Assembly: GCA_016207165.1 (NCBI GenBank)
Contig: JACQQD010000009.1
Coordinates: 32,001-96,000 of the forward strand
Direction: 5' to 3'
DNA length: 64,000 nucleotides
From: Candidatus Micrarchaeota archaeon
Lineage (GTDB): Archaea; Micrarchaeota; Micrarchaeia; Norongarragalinales; Norongarragalinaceae
The translations under genes and the position numbers were made by a program. Under the pieces are notes generated by a model. That model saw nothing but the letters and a program-made list of their open reading frames with translations. It did no database searches and had not been told where the DNA came from. Positions 45,601 through 54,685 of the stretch are shown piece by piece (within the stretch, counting starts at the first letter, position 1; the number at the start of each line of letters is the position of its first letter).

Positions 45601-47496
45601 TTGCTGGGTTTCCTGGTAGCATACCGGCGCGTATTGACCTTGGCAGTTAAGGTTGGCGCACGCGCCCGTGCTCCACGGCGTGGCGCCGGGTGTTTTTTCG
45701 GCTTCGCAGGCGTTTATATACGTTACAAAGTCAAATCCGCAGACCAATGGGCCTTCGGTGCCGCATGCACAGTTTTCTCCTTGGCACGTTTCTCCGCCGA
45801 CGTTGACCGTCACGCACTTTTTGATGAGGTCCACGGACGTCAGCCGTAGCGTGATGCCAGTGCTTTTGGCCAGGTTGTCGTTTTCCTTGGAGTACTTGCC
45901 TAACATGTAGGTGCAGGCCGCGGAGTACGTGCTGCAGGCGATGGCTTTGCTGCGCTGTCCGGTTTGCGGGTCCAAGGTGTCGCTGGTGCTTTCGACTTGG
46001 AACACGGCGCGCTCCAAGGCGATGTCTTTGAGGGAGTAGTTGTAGATGACTTCGCCAAGGCCTCCGGGATTGAATTCCAGGCCTTCGTTCAGGCACACTT
46101 TTCTCGGCGTGCCGCCGGTGGGCGGCTTGAGGGGTGGATCAATGGGTTTGGGCAAGTCCAGGGTGACTGCGTTGCTTCCGGATTGCAGGGTGACGTCTTT
46201 GGAAACGGAGGGCTCGCCCACTACCGACGTGGCACTGACCAGCACGCTTACCAGACTCAGGTCGGTGAATCGCGCGATGCCGCTTTCGTCGGCCACTTGC
46301 GTGCGGTAGTCGATGGTTTGGTCGAATACTTTCTTGAGCACGGCCACGCGGGCTTGGGCGGCGGGGGTCGCGTCGTTGTTTCGCACGGTCACAGTCAAGT
46401 CCGCCAATTGGGTGCCGGCGGGAAGGGCTTCCAACGTCAAGGTGACGTCGTTTCCGGGTTCGAATTGGGCCGCCTTATCATTGAAGCCGTCTTTGGAGGC
46501 CAGCACGCCGTACGTTTTTCCTTTTTCCAGGGTCGCCTCGATGCGCCCGGATCCTTCCGTTAATTGGTCGAGGATGGCGGGGCTGGCAAAGACTTGGATG
46601 CGTGCCCCGGAAACGGGTTGGCCGTCTTGGTTTACCACGTTGATGCGGCTTGTGCCGGTGTTGGGTCCGGTTGTCGCGGTCAAGAGTACTTCCGTTGTCA
46701 CTTCGGCGGCGTTAATCGAAACGCCTTGGATGTCGCTTGGAACAAACCCTTGCTTTCGGGCTTGAAGGGACACCGTTGAACCTTGCTTGACGCCGAATTG
46801 GAGGGTGCCGTCGCTCTCCGTGGAGCCTTGCGCCAGAAACGTTCCGGTGGCGCCGTCGTACAGCGTCACCACGGCGTTTCCGATGGGTTGGCTGGTGGTT
46901 TTGTCTTTGACGGTGACGTTCAGGCGGGCGTCCGCCACGTAATGCGTTGGCCTTGGAGTTGGAGTACTTTCACTGCCTCCGGTTGGCGTGGGCGTGGGGC
47001 TGCCGGACCCGCCTCCGGGAATGGTGGGCTGGGGTTTGGGGGTGGGAAGCGGCGGTATTTTGGGCGGGTTGGCAAAATCCAGTTTCCTGGGGTCCGGTTT
47101 TTCCTTGAGCTTGATTTGTTTGCCGTCGGGGTCTTGCGGGTCGTAGTGGCCGATGGCGTCGTCGTAGCCGTTGCGCGTGACTTTGTACGTGTAGCGTTGG
47201 TTGGGGTCGACTCCGGGAAACATCGCTTTGCCGTTTTCGTCCGTCACGGCTTCCCCGATTTTGTTGCCGTTCTCGTCGAAGAGTTCCACCAACGCGCCGG
47301 CCAAGGGGTTGCCGTTCTCGTCGGTAATCGTCAACGTCAGGCTCTGGGTGGACTTGTAGTACAAGTAGCCTCCGAAGAGAAGGACGAGCAGTATGATGAC
47401 TCCCGACAGGATGGTGACGGCTTTTTTTTCGTCCATGTCTTGGACGACGTCATCCAGTTTCTCGGTCAAATCCTTCCAAATGTCCGACAAGCTCAA
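42691..47496 (-). CDS. 1601-aa N-anchored surface protein with beta-sandwich domains, two Kazal-like modules, a beta-propeller-like region and a C-terminal Hint domain
   Basis: TM near residues 26-45; Kazal VCGFDFVTYINAC and PVCY...FSNAC; Hint CLAKGTRIDTP...SQGHP...TYDI...ANGILVGST. Confidence 0.88.
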   Translation of the reverse strand: MSLSDIWKDLTEKLDDVVQDMDEKKAVTILSGVIILLVLLFGGYLYYKSTQSLTLTITDENGNPLAGALVELFDENGNKIGEAVTDENGKAMFPGVDPNQRYTYKVTRNGYDDAIGHYDPQDPDGKQIKLKEKPDPRKLDFANPPKIPPLPTPKPQPTIPGGGSGSPTPTPTGGSESTPTPRPTHYVADARLNVTVKDKTTSQPIGNAVVTLYDGATGTFLAQGSTESDGTLQFGVKQGSTVSLQARKQGFVPSDIQGVSINAAEVTTEVLLTATTGPNTGTSRINVVNQDGQPVSGARIQVFASPAILDQLTEGSGRIEATLEKGKTYGVLASKDGFNDKAAQFEPGNDVTLTLEALPAGTQLADLTVTVRNNDATPAAQARVAVLKKVFDQTIDYRTQVADESGIARFTDLSLVSVLVSATSVVGEPSVSKDVTLQSGSNAVTLDLPKPIDPPLKPPTGGTPRKVCLNEGLEFNPGGLGEVIYNYSLKDIALERAVFQVESTSDTLDPQTGQRSKAIACSTYSAACTYMLGKYSKENDNLAKSTGITLRLTSVDLIKKCVTVNVGGETCQGENCACGTEGPLVCGFDFVTYINACEAEKTPGATPWSTGACANLNCQGQYAPVCYQETQQFSNACEARLADAIPYVPGECPPPIPKKTVNIPAGFTAIGPLGDGALLSTSCRDPFGKYLFLEYIQGLGELSPLNQNQLPSLQYPVGYLVYGEQACSLTWEDKPAQTYAPILRTGYTFIAGPPQPATFNAIRGNCPAYVTPTATPTPTPNTFLCPDGLTQCQSGQTCQQRNQPLCPSCASAPCPCYQYQCATPTASSSPTPTPTPTPNAFTITQTLELTPPQADITQLAVDSDGVYAYGTLQEGTVYPVVTKILKIRLDTLQIQNQVAIPTDGGPYGFLYYHEQSGNVYYWQVTTPASNFGGFGGTYSTKITRYRASDLTQQSTKEYPSTAIKNALSIGPNLYAETSDQQLVKMDPVTLNIVAQQSGIPDNLLIGAVTDTVNIYTGSTILADKTARKINVATLQTASQTNSPIGSPVGAVNDQSGGVVYYVHNGALNKRRANDFTLVASASVPNALSAVVDANNDIAYVLGSQSGWTGVRLSDMTVLAAAYPTPEGVGSWVLAPGSVGYASVPGQYNLLTSTWTSTGKLHKLSLPTGTATTPSPTPNACTTQNGECRLQGQCPTNWLVSDPDGVAAAACGSGQLQAYQCCLAGAPTVSPSATPSPTPPPATTPSIFVRTALGLPSQSAQFQNVDPSTPLEPGKGYMIYYDGSAGATCTMGAPVCPTVAMPGCIGGTLTYPNGQTDANGCPVAPVCTPNPSPGDLAESRYSVKAALTGSVDFCDRDYYPIGSLDLEKQHAQEYVSAPEDAVEYAVILRHLNLAGVQTLTDDQKLEVYREYKRLRAIGMTSNGNGFDFSTHEKISGTQNQGGGTYLVKGTVASQTATINEKTASALNCPICLAKGTRIDTPKGPVPVEQLRQGDAVYTTNAEGKKTVGVVLKATSRSTQPGQKIVHLVLDDGRQARISQGHPLSDGRNVDELKIGDDVDHGRVTRIRVESYETGATYDILPDGPTGTYWANGILVGSTLFAR

Positions 47497-47612
47497 GGAA
47501 TGTCTCTACCCCGTTTGAGGTTTTACCACGGTTTACGCGTTAAAAACGGTTTTGATTTCCTGGATTTCACTGGAAACGTTTATTTTACCTGGAATTGATT
47601 GATTTGCTTTGC

Positions 47613-48203
47613 ATGGCTGAAGAAAGCGATTTTGTTAGAAGAGCCAAGAAAGCACACGGCCTGACCTCACAAAGTCCCCCCGGTTTTCCCGATCTCCGGC
47701 TTGCGCGCATTGCCGCCGCGCACCACAAACCTGAAGCTTCCGTTGAACCTCGAACATTGCAGGAAGGCACGCTTGCGGGAATGAAGGAAGCCCTCGATTC
47801 CGTGCGTCACCGCAAAATGGTTCCACACTGGAGAGATGAACTTAAAAAAGCGGGTTTTGACTCTGCACACAATGAGGCGTTGGCGGAATTTCTGGCGCAC
47901 GCCTCCCACCGCGGAAATAGTGCAGCCGCCAAAAATTTGCTTTACGCCTTGATGCGGTTGGAGACCTTGGAGGCGTGGGAGGACCACCTCCAGTTTTTGG
48001 AAGGCATGGCCAGCGACCGGGACTTCGTGCGCGCGGTCATGGATCACGTCAAGACGCAGAATTGGCCGGATTACACGGATTCGGAGACGCCGGATGGACG
48101 GGTGCGCGAGCATTTGGGCGACTTCAAGAACGCGTTGGAAAGGCTGCGCATGCCGCCTAAATGGAGGCCAGAAAAAAAGGCGTCACGCCGGAGAGGCTCG
48201 TGA
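47613..48203 (+). CDS. Hypothetical protein
   Basis: 196-aa ORF divergent from the surface protein; no recognised motif. Confidence 0.55.
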   Translation: MAEESDFVRRAKKAHGLTSQSPPGFPDLRLARIAAAHHKPEASVEPRTLQEGTLAGMKEALDSVRHRKMVPHWRDELKKAGFDSAHNEALAEFLAHASHRGNSAAAKNLLYALMRLETLEAWEDHLQFLEGMASDRDFVRAVMDHVKTQNWPDYTDSETPDGRVREHLGDFKNALERLRMPPKWRPEKKASRRRGS

Positions 48204-48804
48204 CGAAGGCATCGGCTTTCCTTTTTTCTTGTTGGATGCGCCGGTTTTCCACCATGACGACTTTCATTCCGGCCTTTTTCGCTCCAAGCAATCCGGCGTT
48301 GGAGTCCTCAATGACCACGCATTCCTTGGCGGGCACGCGAAGTTTTTCGGCCGCCTTGAGGAAAATGTCTGGCGACGGCTTTCCGTGCCGCACTTGGTCG
48401 CCGCCCACCACGGCGTCAAAAGCGTTTTCCAAACCGATTTTCGGCAACAGCAATTCCAGAAGCCACGTGTTGGTGGAGGAAGCCAAGGCCAGGGGGTAGC
48501 CGGATTTTTTTAGCGACAGAACCAATTCGGTGGCGCCGGGTAGGCTTCTCGCGGTCTTCAGGATGACGTCCAAGTATATTTCGTCGCGTTCCAGGTTGAG
48601 GGCCTCGATTTGCTTGGCCGATACGGTGATGCCGGCTTTTTCGTGGACGCGCCGGATGTTTTCCCTTGCGGGAATGCCGGTGACTTCCTGCGGAGTTTCG
48701 TCAAACGGAATTTTGTGCCGCCGCATGAGTTCGGAAAAAGATTCAAAGTGCTGGGGTTCGGAGTCCAGAATCACGCCGTCAAAGTCGAAGATGACGGCCT
48801 TCAA
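48157..48804 (-). CDS. HAD-family phosphatase (beta-PGM/CbbY-like)
   Basis: IFDFDGVILDSE, LASS, GKPSPDIF, IEDSNAG. Confidence 0.9.
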   Translation of the reverse strand: MKAVIFDFDGVILDSEPQHFESFSELMRRHKIPFDETPQEVTGIPARENIRRVHEKAGITVSAKQIEALNLERDEIYLDVILKTARSLPGATELVLSLKKSGYPLALASSTNTWLLELLLPKIGLENAFDAVVGGDQVRHGKPSPDIFLKAAEKLRVPAKECVVIEDSNAGLLGAKKAGMKVVMVENRRIQQEKRKADAFVTSLSGVTPFFLASI

Positions 48805-49658
48805 TCCAACCGCCTTAGGATTTGGTCCACGGCAAAGGCGATGTCTTGGGCTTCCGCCACCTGGACGCGGAGCTTCGAGACGAGTTGGCGGAGTTGCTTG
48901 ACGGTTCCAATGAGAAGCACGTCGGACTTCTCGATTTTATTGGAGATGCAGTCCTTGTGCACGGCCGCGTCGCCTCCCAAAGCCAGCATTTCCTGTTTGA
49001 GGATGTTGGCCATGGTCGCGCGCACGTTTTCCAGTCGAATGACCAACGAAATGGTTTTTTGCGCCATGGACTTGACGGAATACGTGTCCTGTACCCCGAT
49101 GTCGCGCATGCGTTTTTCGGCGTGTCCGATGGACGGAATTGTTTCCAGGGTGGCGTGGACTGCCGGGAGTTTGGAATCCATTTTCTTCACGGATTTTTTT
49201 TCTTGTTCGGGTAATTCGTCCCAGAGTTGTTGCACGGTTTTCTTCAGGACGGGGTGCAAGAGATGGGGTGCCACGTCTTTTAACGGCGCCAGGACGAACG
49301 CCCTCTCCGCGATTTTTGGGTGCGGGACGATGAATCCGTCCTGGTTGCCGACGAACGCGTCGTAGAACAAAAAGTCGATGTCAATGTTTCTTGGACCGTT
49401 TTTGGATTGCTTTTTTTTGCCGAGTCTTTTTTCCACGCTTTGGATGGCGGCCACCACTTCCTTGACGGGTTTCTCGGTGTAGGCTTTCACCACGGCGTTG
49501 AGGAACTCAGGTTGGTCCGCGTTGTATTTGGGTTTCGTTTCGTAGATGGGGGAACCGTTCACGTTGGCAAAATCCTGTCCCAGGGCGTGGACGGCGCGTT
49601 GGAGGTTTTGTTCGCGGTTGCCGACGTTGGAGCCCAAACCCAAGTAAACGTAAGCCAT
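48801..49658 (-). CDS. folK: HPPK (FolK) fused to a C-terminal domain like the FolP N-terminal extension
   Basis: YLGLGSNVG, FLNAV, GPRNIDIDFL, VPHP...RAFVLAPL; then ANILKQEMLALGGDAAV. Confidence 0.9.
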   Translation of the reverse strand: MAYVYLGLGSNVGNREQNLQRAVHALGQDFANVNGSPIYETKPKYNADQPEFLNAVVKAYTEKPVKEVVAAIQSVEKRLGKKKQSKNGPRNIDIDFLFYDAFVGNQDGFIVPHPKIAERAFVLAPLKDVAPHLLHPVLKKTVQQLWDELPEQEKKSVKKMDSKLPAVHATLETIPSIGHAEKRMRDIGVQDTYSVKSMAQKTISLVIRLENVRATMANILKQEMLALGGDAAVHKDCISNKIEKSDVLLIGTVKQLRQLVSKLRVQVAEAQDIAFAVDQILRRLD

Positions 49659-49736
49659 GTGAGGTTTGTGCACGCCAACGTTTTTCTGGGCTTTGCCCCT
49701 CGTAGGTGCCGGGCGGTCTCCTTCTTTTTCGGGCGT

Positions 49737-50897
49737 TTAGAGGCCCTTGGGCTTCTTCTTTTTGATGCGCGTGAAAAGGGCGTATCCGCCAGCGGTCAAT
49801 AGAATGACTAACCCGATGATCCAGGCGCTGCCTTCAAAGGCGGCCGTCACCAAACCCGTGAGTCCGCCGGGTGCCGGAGTGGCCGTGGCTTGAATGGTTG
49901 GAGCAGGCAATGCGGCCTGCGCGGGTGCTGGAGTTGCGGTGGCCTGCGCTGTTGGCGAAGGTGCGACTGGAGCCGGAGTGGCTGTCGTGCTTCTGGACGA
50001 GGGCGGCAGGCCCCCCGTTCCGCCTCCGCTGCTGGTAGTTGTGCCTGCGGCAGGAGCAGTTGGGCTGGGGCTTGCGGAAGGCGAGGGAGTGGGCGTCGCG
50101 CCTCCAGGGGGCGCTGGCGGGGAGCCGACGACGCCGTACGGCGTTCCGGCGGCGATGGTGAACGTGACGCGGTTGTTGGCAATATCCAGGGTGAACGGCG
50201 TGATTTGAACCCACTTTGTGCCGTCAAACCTCATGGGGACAATAGCGCTTTCGTCGATGCCCGCGTCGTTGTAGCAGAGCGTGACTTGGGTTGCAGCTCC
50301 GGTGACCGAGATTTCGTAGCCGCCCAAAAACGTGTTCCCGGCCCCGATTCCCACGGTTCCCGGAAGCGCGCTGCTGTTAAGCGCAGTGACGTTGTTGATG
50401 GTTACCGCTGTAGGCGTCGAAACGTTGATGTTCATGTCCAGGCAAGTGCCTGAGACGTGGATGGGCGAGTCGGGAAGGGCCAACAGGTGCACGTCACTGA
50501 GCGAGCCGTTGACGGTGACGTTTTGTTGAGCCGGAAACGCAAAACTCAAGTCCAGTTGCGTGATGGCGCTGGATTCAAATGATGCGGTCTGGCTGGCTTG
50601 GACCCGTCCGATGAAAAACGTGACGGTTTGGCCTTGCTGCAATTCGTCGCCTTGGACCAATAGTTTGGTTTGGCTCGATGACGGTCCGCCGTACGTTCCG
50701 GCTTGTTCGCTTTGCACGCTTCCAGCGTTTTGGGCGTTAACCATTGCGGACACCAGGGTGCCGACAGGAATGCCGACGCCGTTTGCGGTCGCGTTACCAA
50801 AAAACAGGTGCGGCAATTGGGGCGCCGCACCCACCGGCAACGCGAAGACCAGCGCCAATGCCGTCAACGCCAGAAAAGCGTGTTTCAACACCATCAT
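49737..50897 (-). CDS. Secreted, C-terminally anchored surface protein
   Basis: Signal peptide; PHLFFGNAT domain; PT/A linker; TM and KKKKPKGL tail. Confidence 0.8.
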   Translation of the reverse strand: MMVLKHAFLALTALALVFALPVGAAPQLPHLFFGNATANGVGIPVGTLVSAMVNAQNAGSVQSEQAGTYGGPSSSQTKLLVQGDELQQGQTVTFFIGRVQASQTASFESSAITQLDLSFAFPAQQNVTVNGSLSDVHLLALPDSPIHVSGTCLDMNINVSTPTAVTINNVTALNSSALPGTVGIGAGNTFLGGYEISVTGAATQVTLCYNDAGIDESAIVPMRFDGTKWVQITPFTLDIANNRVTFTIAAGTPYGVVGSPPAPPGGATPTPSPSASPSPTAPAAGTTTSSGGGTGGLPPSSRSTTATPAPVAPSPTAQATATPAPAQAALPAPTIQATATPAPGGLTGLVTAAFEGSAWIIGLVILLTAGGYALFTRIKKKKPKGL

Positions 50898-50974
50898 GTC
50901 AGTTTTGCACCAAAATTTCCTGTTTTTTAAAAATTAAAAGGGTGCCGGACACGAAGCGTGCCCGGCTTCCATTT

Positions 50975-52534
50975 TCAATCGTCCTGGCCCACGAACAGCG
51001 GCGTGGTCGTCTGGCCTGGCAGGGTGTCGTCGTTCTGCAGGAACGTCCAGTACCCGCCGAAGTTGTAGACGCTTTGCTCGCAGCTGTTGTCCGGTGAGGC
51101 GCCGGATTCCTCAATGTTCGGAATCCAGCTGAACCCGTTCTGGCTGAAATACCACGAGCCCCAGTCGGTGGAGTAACTGAGGTACTGTTGAGGACTGACG
51201 ACCAACTCCAACGCGCGGTTTCCGCTGGCATCGTAGACGACCGGGTTGAAGGTTTGCCCAATGCACGTGTTCCCTTGGACGTAAATGTAGGACAGGCGGC
51301 AGTTTCCAGGAGAGTATTCTTCTTCGCAGTAATACTCTTCGGGGTACTCCCAGTAGTCCGACAGTTCCAACGTGGGCCCAACCAGGCTCCAGCCTTCGGC
51401 CAATGGTTTGCTGGGAGGCGAGGTCACGCCGCGGTCGATGACCAACCCGAGTTGGTTGCGGGCCGTGGAGTGGAAGTAGTATCCCTCCAACGGCTCCATG
51501 GATCCGTCGGTGACCAGTTGCCAGGCTTGGGATGCGCTGTCAAAGGATAGTACGGCGTCAACGCTTTCCGCCATGAAGACTTGGTCTTGTTCCAAGGCGA
51601 TGGGGCTGGAGCGCAGAGTCCAGCCCTGTTCCAATGGTACGGTCAAGTCCGTGATGGTGACGGTGAGGCTGGTTTCCGCTTGGTTTCCTTCGCGGTCCGC
51701 CACGGTGACGGGCAGTTCAAATTCGCCCAATGCGATTTTCTGGGACAAAAAGAAGCCCATGTCGTCGTAGCTGATGACTTCATAGTCAAGCAGGCCCGAG
51801 ATGTCCGTCAGCGGACAGTACCAGAATGAATATTGAGGGTCTCTGTCTCCGCCGTAGAACTCACGGATTTCGTAATTTGCTAAATAGCTCTGCCATTGCT
51901 CTTCATTGAAGCTTTCCACGTCCGATATGCGGGCGAACATGGCGTTCAGAACCGTGCTTAGGTTCAAGGTTACCGAGTTGATGCCTGATTCCTCGTCGAA
52001 AGTCTCAATGTTGATGTACGTGCACTTGGGGTCGTAAAAGTATGCGCCATCGGCTCCGTAGTCTTCCAAGTCCAAAAAGCTGTGATCCAGTTCAGCGCTT
52101 TCGATGGTGGGAGCCTCGTTGTCGACGAGGATGAATACGGAAGAGGCGGTTTCCACGGCTTCGCCGGGGCCCTCTATGGTTTCAAACGTTGAATTGACTT
52201 GAAGGACGACGTCAAAAAAGTTGCCGCTTTCAAAGGCGTTGGTGTCCCACGTGGCCAGGGTGCTTTCTTCAATTTGCTCGGTTCCGCCTCCAAGGCGTGT
52301 GCAGCCATCGAAGTTGTCCCGTTCCCCGGATGGGCACACGAACACGTCGAACAGGAAGCTGGTCAGGGGGTCTTCGCCGTTGTAAAGCGCGGAGCCTTGC
52401 ACGTTGACGGTGCCGCTGACGGTGTCCTCAGTTCCAGGAGACGTGATGCTGGCGAAGCTGGGCCCTTGAGCCGAAACGAAAACTGCGGCAAACAACAGTA
52501 GCGCAAATCCGAACGACAATGCCTTCATGAACAC
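50975..52534 (-). CDS. Secreted, highly acidic surface protein
   Basis: Signal peptide; Ig-like SITSP...VSGTVNVQGSA; LEQGWTL/LAEGWSLVG modules; strongly Asp/Glu-rich. Confidence 0.8.
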   Translation of the reverse strand: MFMKALSFGFALLLFAAVFVSAQGPSFASITSPGTEDTVSGTVNVQGSALYNGEDPLTSFLFDVFVCPSGERDNFDGCTRLGGGTEQIEESTLATWDTNAFESGNFFDVVLQVNSTFETIEGPGEAVETASSVFILVDNEAPTIESAELDHSFLDLEDYGADGAYFYDPKCTYINIETFDEESGINSVTLNLSTVLNAMFARISDVESFNEEQWQSYLANYEIREFYGGDRDPQYSFWYCPLTDISGLLDYEVISYDDMGFFLSQKIALGEFELPVTVADREGNQAETSLTVTITDLTVPLEQGWTLRSSPIALEQDQVFMAESVDAVLSFDSASQAWQLVTDGSMEPLEGYYFHSTARNQLGLVIDRGVTSPPSKPLAEGWSLVGPTLELSDYWEYPEEYYCEEEYSPGNCRLSYIYVQGNTCIGQTFNPVVYDASGNRALELVVSPQQYLSYSTDWGSWYFSQNGFSWIPNIEESGASPDNSCEQSVYNFGGYWTFLQNDDTLPGQTTTPLFVGQDD

Positions 52535-52695
52535 TCCCCCACCCGCCGTATTGAGACGAAGTCTTTAAACGGCGTAAGCCAATGCACGACCCGTCAGCTA
52601 TATCTGTTTCTATATAAACACTATAGTTATTTTTTTAACAAATGGGACTGCGGTGTGTGTGAAACAAAAGCCACTGGTTTCCATCGGCAACTCGG

Positions 52696-53859
52696 TTACC
52701 GCTGGATTTGAACGGATGCTTGGGCTGTGTTTTTGAGTGCCGAGGGCTTGACCGCCCGTACGGTCACGCGTTTGGCTCCGAGTTTTTTGACGGCGTCGGC
52801 GACCGCTTCGCCCAGAGATTCCAGGAGGTTGAAGTGTCGGCTTTCCGCGGCGTTTTTCGCGGCTGAAACGATGGCGCGGTAGTCCAACGTTTTTTTCAAG
52901 TCGTCGGTCTTCACGGCTTTTTTGAGGTCCAAGAACGCGTGCACGTCTACGACGACGTCTTGGACCGATTTTTTTTCCCACGCGAGCACTCCGACGTGGG
53001 CTTTAACCCGCAGGTTTTCCACGCGGATGCCGTCCTCAGGTGAATCCGCTTGGATGGCCCACGCCACGTCCACGGCTTTTTGGCAGGCCGCCACGTCGTG
53101 AACGCGCAACACGTTCGCCCCGTTCAAGACGCATGCCGTGACCGCGGCCAGCGTGCCTTCCAGGCGGTTGGACGCCTTTTCTCCCGTGATTTTGCCGATG
53201 AAGCTTTTGCGGGACACGCCGATGCACACGGGGTAACCGAATTGAAATTGCTTCAAGTTGGCAAGCAATTCCAGGTTGTGCTCCAAGGTTTTCCCAAACC
53301 CGATGCCGGGGTCAATCAGGATGCTTTGGATGCCGTTTTTTTTGGCTTGGCGGGCTTGCATCAATAGAAATGCCTTGACTTCTTCCACCACGTCTTGGTA
53401 TTTCGGGTTTTCCTGCATGGTCTGCGGCGTGCCTTGCATGTGCATGATGACGGCCCCGGCTTTCGCGTCCGATACCGCGTCCATCATTTCCGGGTTCGTC
53501 AGTCCCGTGACGTCGTTCACCATGTGCGCCCCGGCGTGCAAGGCGGCTTTTGCGACGTCGGGCTTGTACGTGTCCACGGAAATCATGGCTTGTGTTTCTT
53601 GGGCGAGTCGTTCAATCACGGGTAGGATGCGTTTTTTCTCTTCGGCCATGGAGACGGCTTTCGCGCCGGGCCGGGTGCTTTCGCCGCCGACGTCGATGAT
53701 GGCGGCGCCTTCCTGGATCATTTGTTTGGCGTGCTTTACGGCCGCTTCAAGGTCCTTGAATTTGCCGCCGTCGGAAAAACTGTCGGGCGTGACGTTCAAA
53801 ATCCCCATGAGCTTCGGGCGGGAGAGGTCAAGCACTTTGTTTTTGGCGTGAAATTTCAT
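52696..53859 (-). CDS. folP: Dihydropteroate synthase fused to C-terminal dihydroneopterin aldolase (FolP-FolB)
   Basis: GILNVTPDSFSDGG, GGESTRPG, DPGIGFGK, SRKSF, RVHDV; then HVGVLAWEK...TLDY...LLESL...KP. Confidence 0.93.
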   Translation of the reverse strand: MKFHAKNKVLDLSRPKLMGILNVTPDSFSDGGKFKDLEAAVKHAKQMIQEGAAIIDVGGESTRPGAKAVSMAEEKKRILPVIERLAQETQAMISVDTYKPDVAKAALHAGAHMVNDVTGLTNPEMMDAVSDAKAGAVIMHMQGTPQTMQENPKYQDVVEEVKAFLLMQARQAKKNGIQSILIDPGIGFGKTLEHNLELLANLKQFQFGYPVCIGVSRKSFIGKITGEKASNRLEGTLAAVTACVLNGANVLRVHDVAACQKAVDVAWAIQADSPEDGIRVENLRVKAHVGVLAWEKKSVQDVVVDVHAFLDLKKAVKTDDLKKTLDYRAIVSAAKNAAESRHFNLLESLGEAVADAVKKLGAKRVTVRAVKPSALKNTAQASVQIQR

Positions 53860-54637
53860 TTTGAACGAACTCCTGGAATGCGTGTTGAAGCGTTTGCGTG
53901 GTTTTCCCTGCCCTGATTTTTTTCCCGTCTACTTTGGTTAGGGAAACGACTTGTTTGAGGGTGGAGGTGAGAAACGCTTCATCGGCTCCAAAGAGTTGTT
54001 CTTTGGATAGGGATTCTTGGCGGACGTCGAACCCGTTTTGTTTGGCCAATTCGATGACGGCGTGGCGCGTGATGCCTTCCAGAACGCCGTCTTTCGGCGT
54101 GGTGATCGTGTTGCCGTGGATGCAAAAGAGGTTGCTGGTGGTTCCTTCCAACACGTTTCCTTTTTGGGTGAAGATGGCTTCGTCGCATCCCGCTTTTTTG
54201 GCTTGCTTTCTCGCCAGCACTGACGTGAGGCAGTTGAGGGTCTTGGCTTTGGCGACATCGCGGTGGAACGGCACGGTCACCGCGGAAAACGTTTTCGGGA
54301 TTTGGCCGAGGGGTTTGGCCATCACGATGAGGCTTGGCGTTGCCGTTCCCCAGTCGCTTTGGCTTCCGGCGGTCAAGACCACGCGGAGGGCGGCTTGACT
54401 GAGGCGGTTGGCTTGAATGGTTTTTTGAATGGCGTTTTGGAGGTCTTTTTTTTCGGGTGCCGGCAACTGGATTTCGCGGGCGGACTGTTGTAAGCGTTCG
54501 ATGTGCTCGTCCATCTTGAAGGCGGTGCCTTGGTAGACGCGGAGGGTCTCGTACACGCCGTACCCGTACAAAAGGCCTTCGTCAAATACGTTGATGTGAG
54601 CGTCTTGAACCATCTGCCCACTGACGAAAACCAGCAT
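53828..54637 (-). CDS. pabC: Class IV PLP enzyme, probable aminodeoxychorismate lyase
   Basis: GLLYGYGVYETLR, AKTLNCL, EGTTSNLF, LEGITR, ADEAFLTS; lies between pabB and folP. Confidence 0.75.
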   Translation of the reverse strand: MLVFVSGQMVQDAHINVFDEGLLYGYGVYETLRVYQGTAFKMDEHIERLQQSAREIQLPAPEKKDLQNAIQKTIQANRLSQAALRVVLTAGSQSDWGTATPSLIVMAKPLGQIPKTFSAVTVPFHRDVAKAKTLNCLTSVLARKQAKKAGCDEAIFTQKGNVLEGTTSNLFCIHGNTITTPKDGVLEGITRHAVIELAKQNGFDVRQESLSKEQLFGADEAFLTSTLKQVVSLTKVDGKKIRAGKTTQTLQHAFQEFVQNEISRQKQSA

Positions 54638-54685
54638 GAATTGTTGGGTGGCGTGCCCGATTAAAAGCTGTTCTTGTCCGAGTCG

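Noticed and set aside
49880-50130. Pro/Thr/Ala tracts as DNA tandem repeats
   Set aside because: Codons vary; these are ordinary protein linkers.
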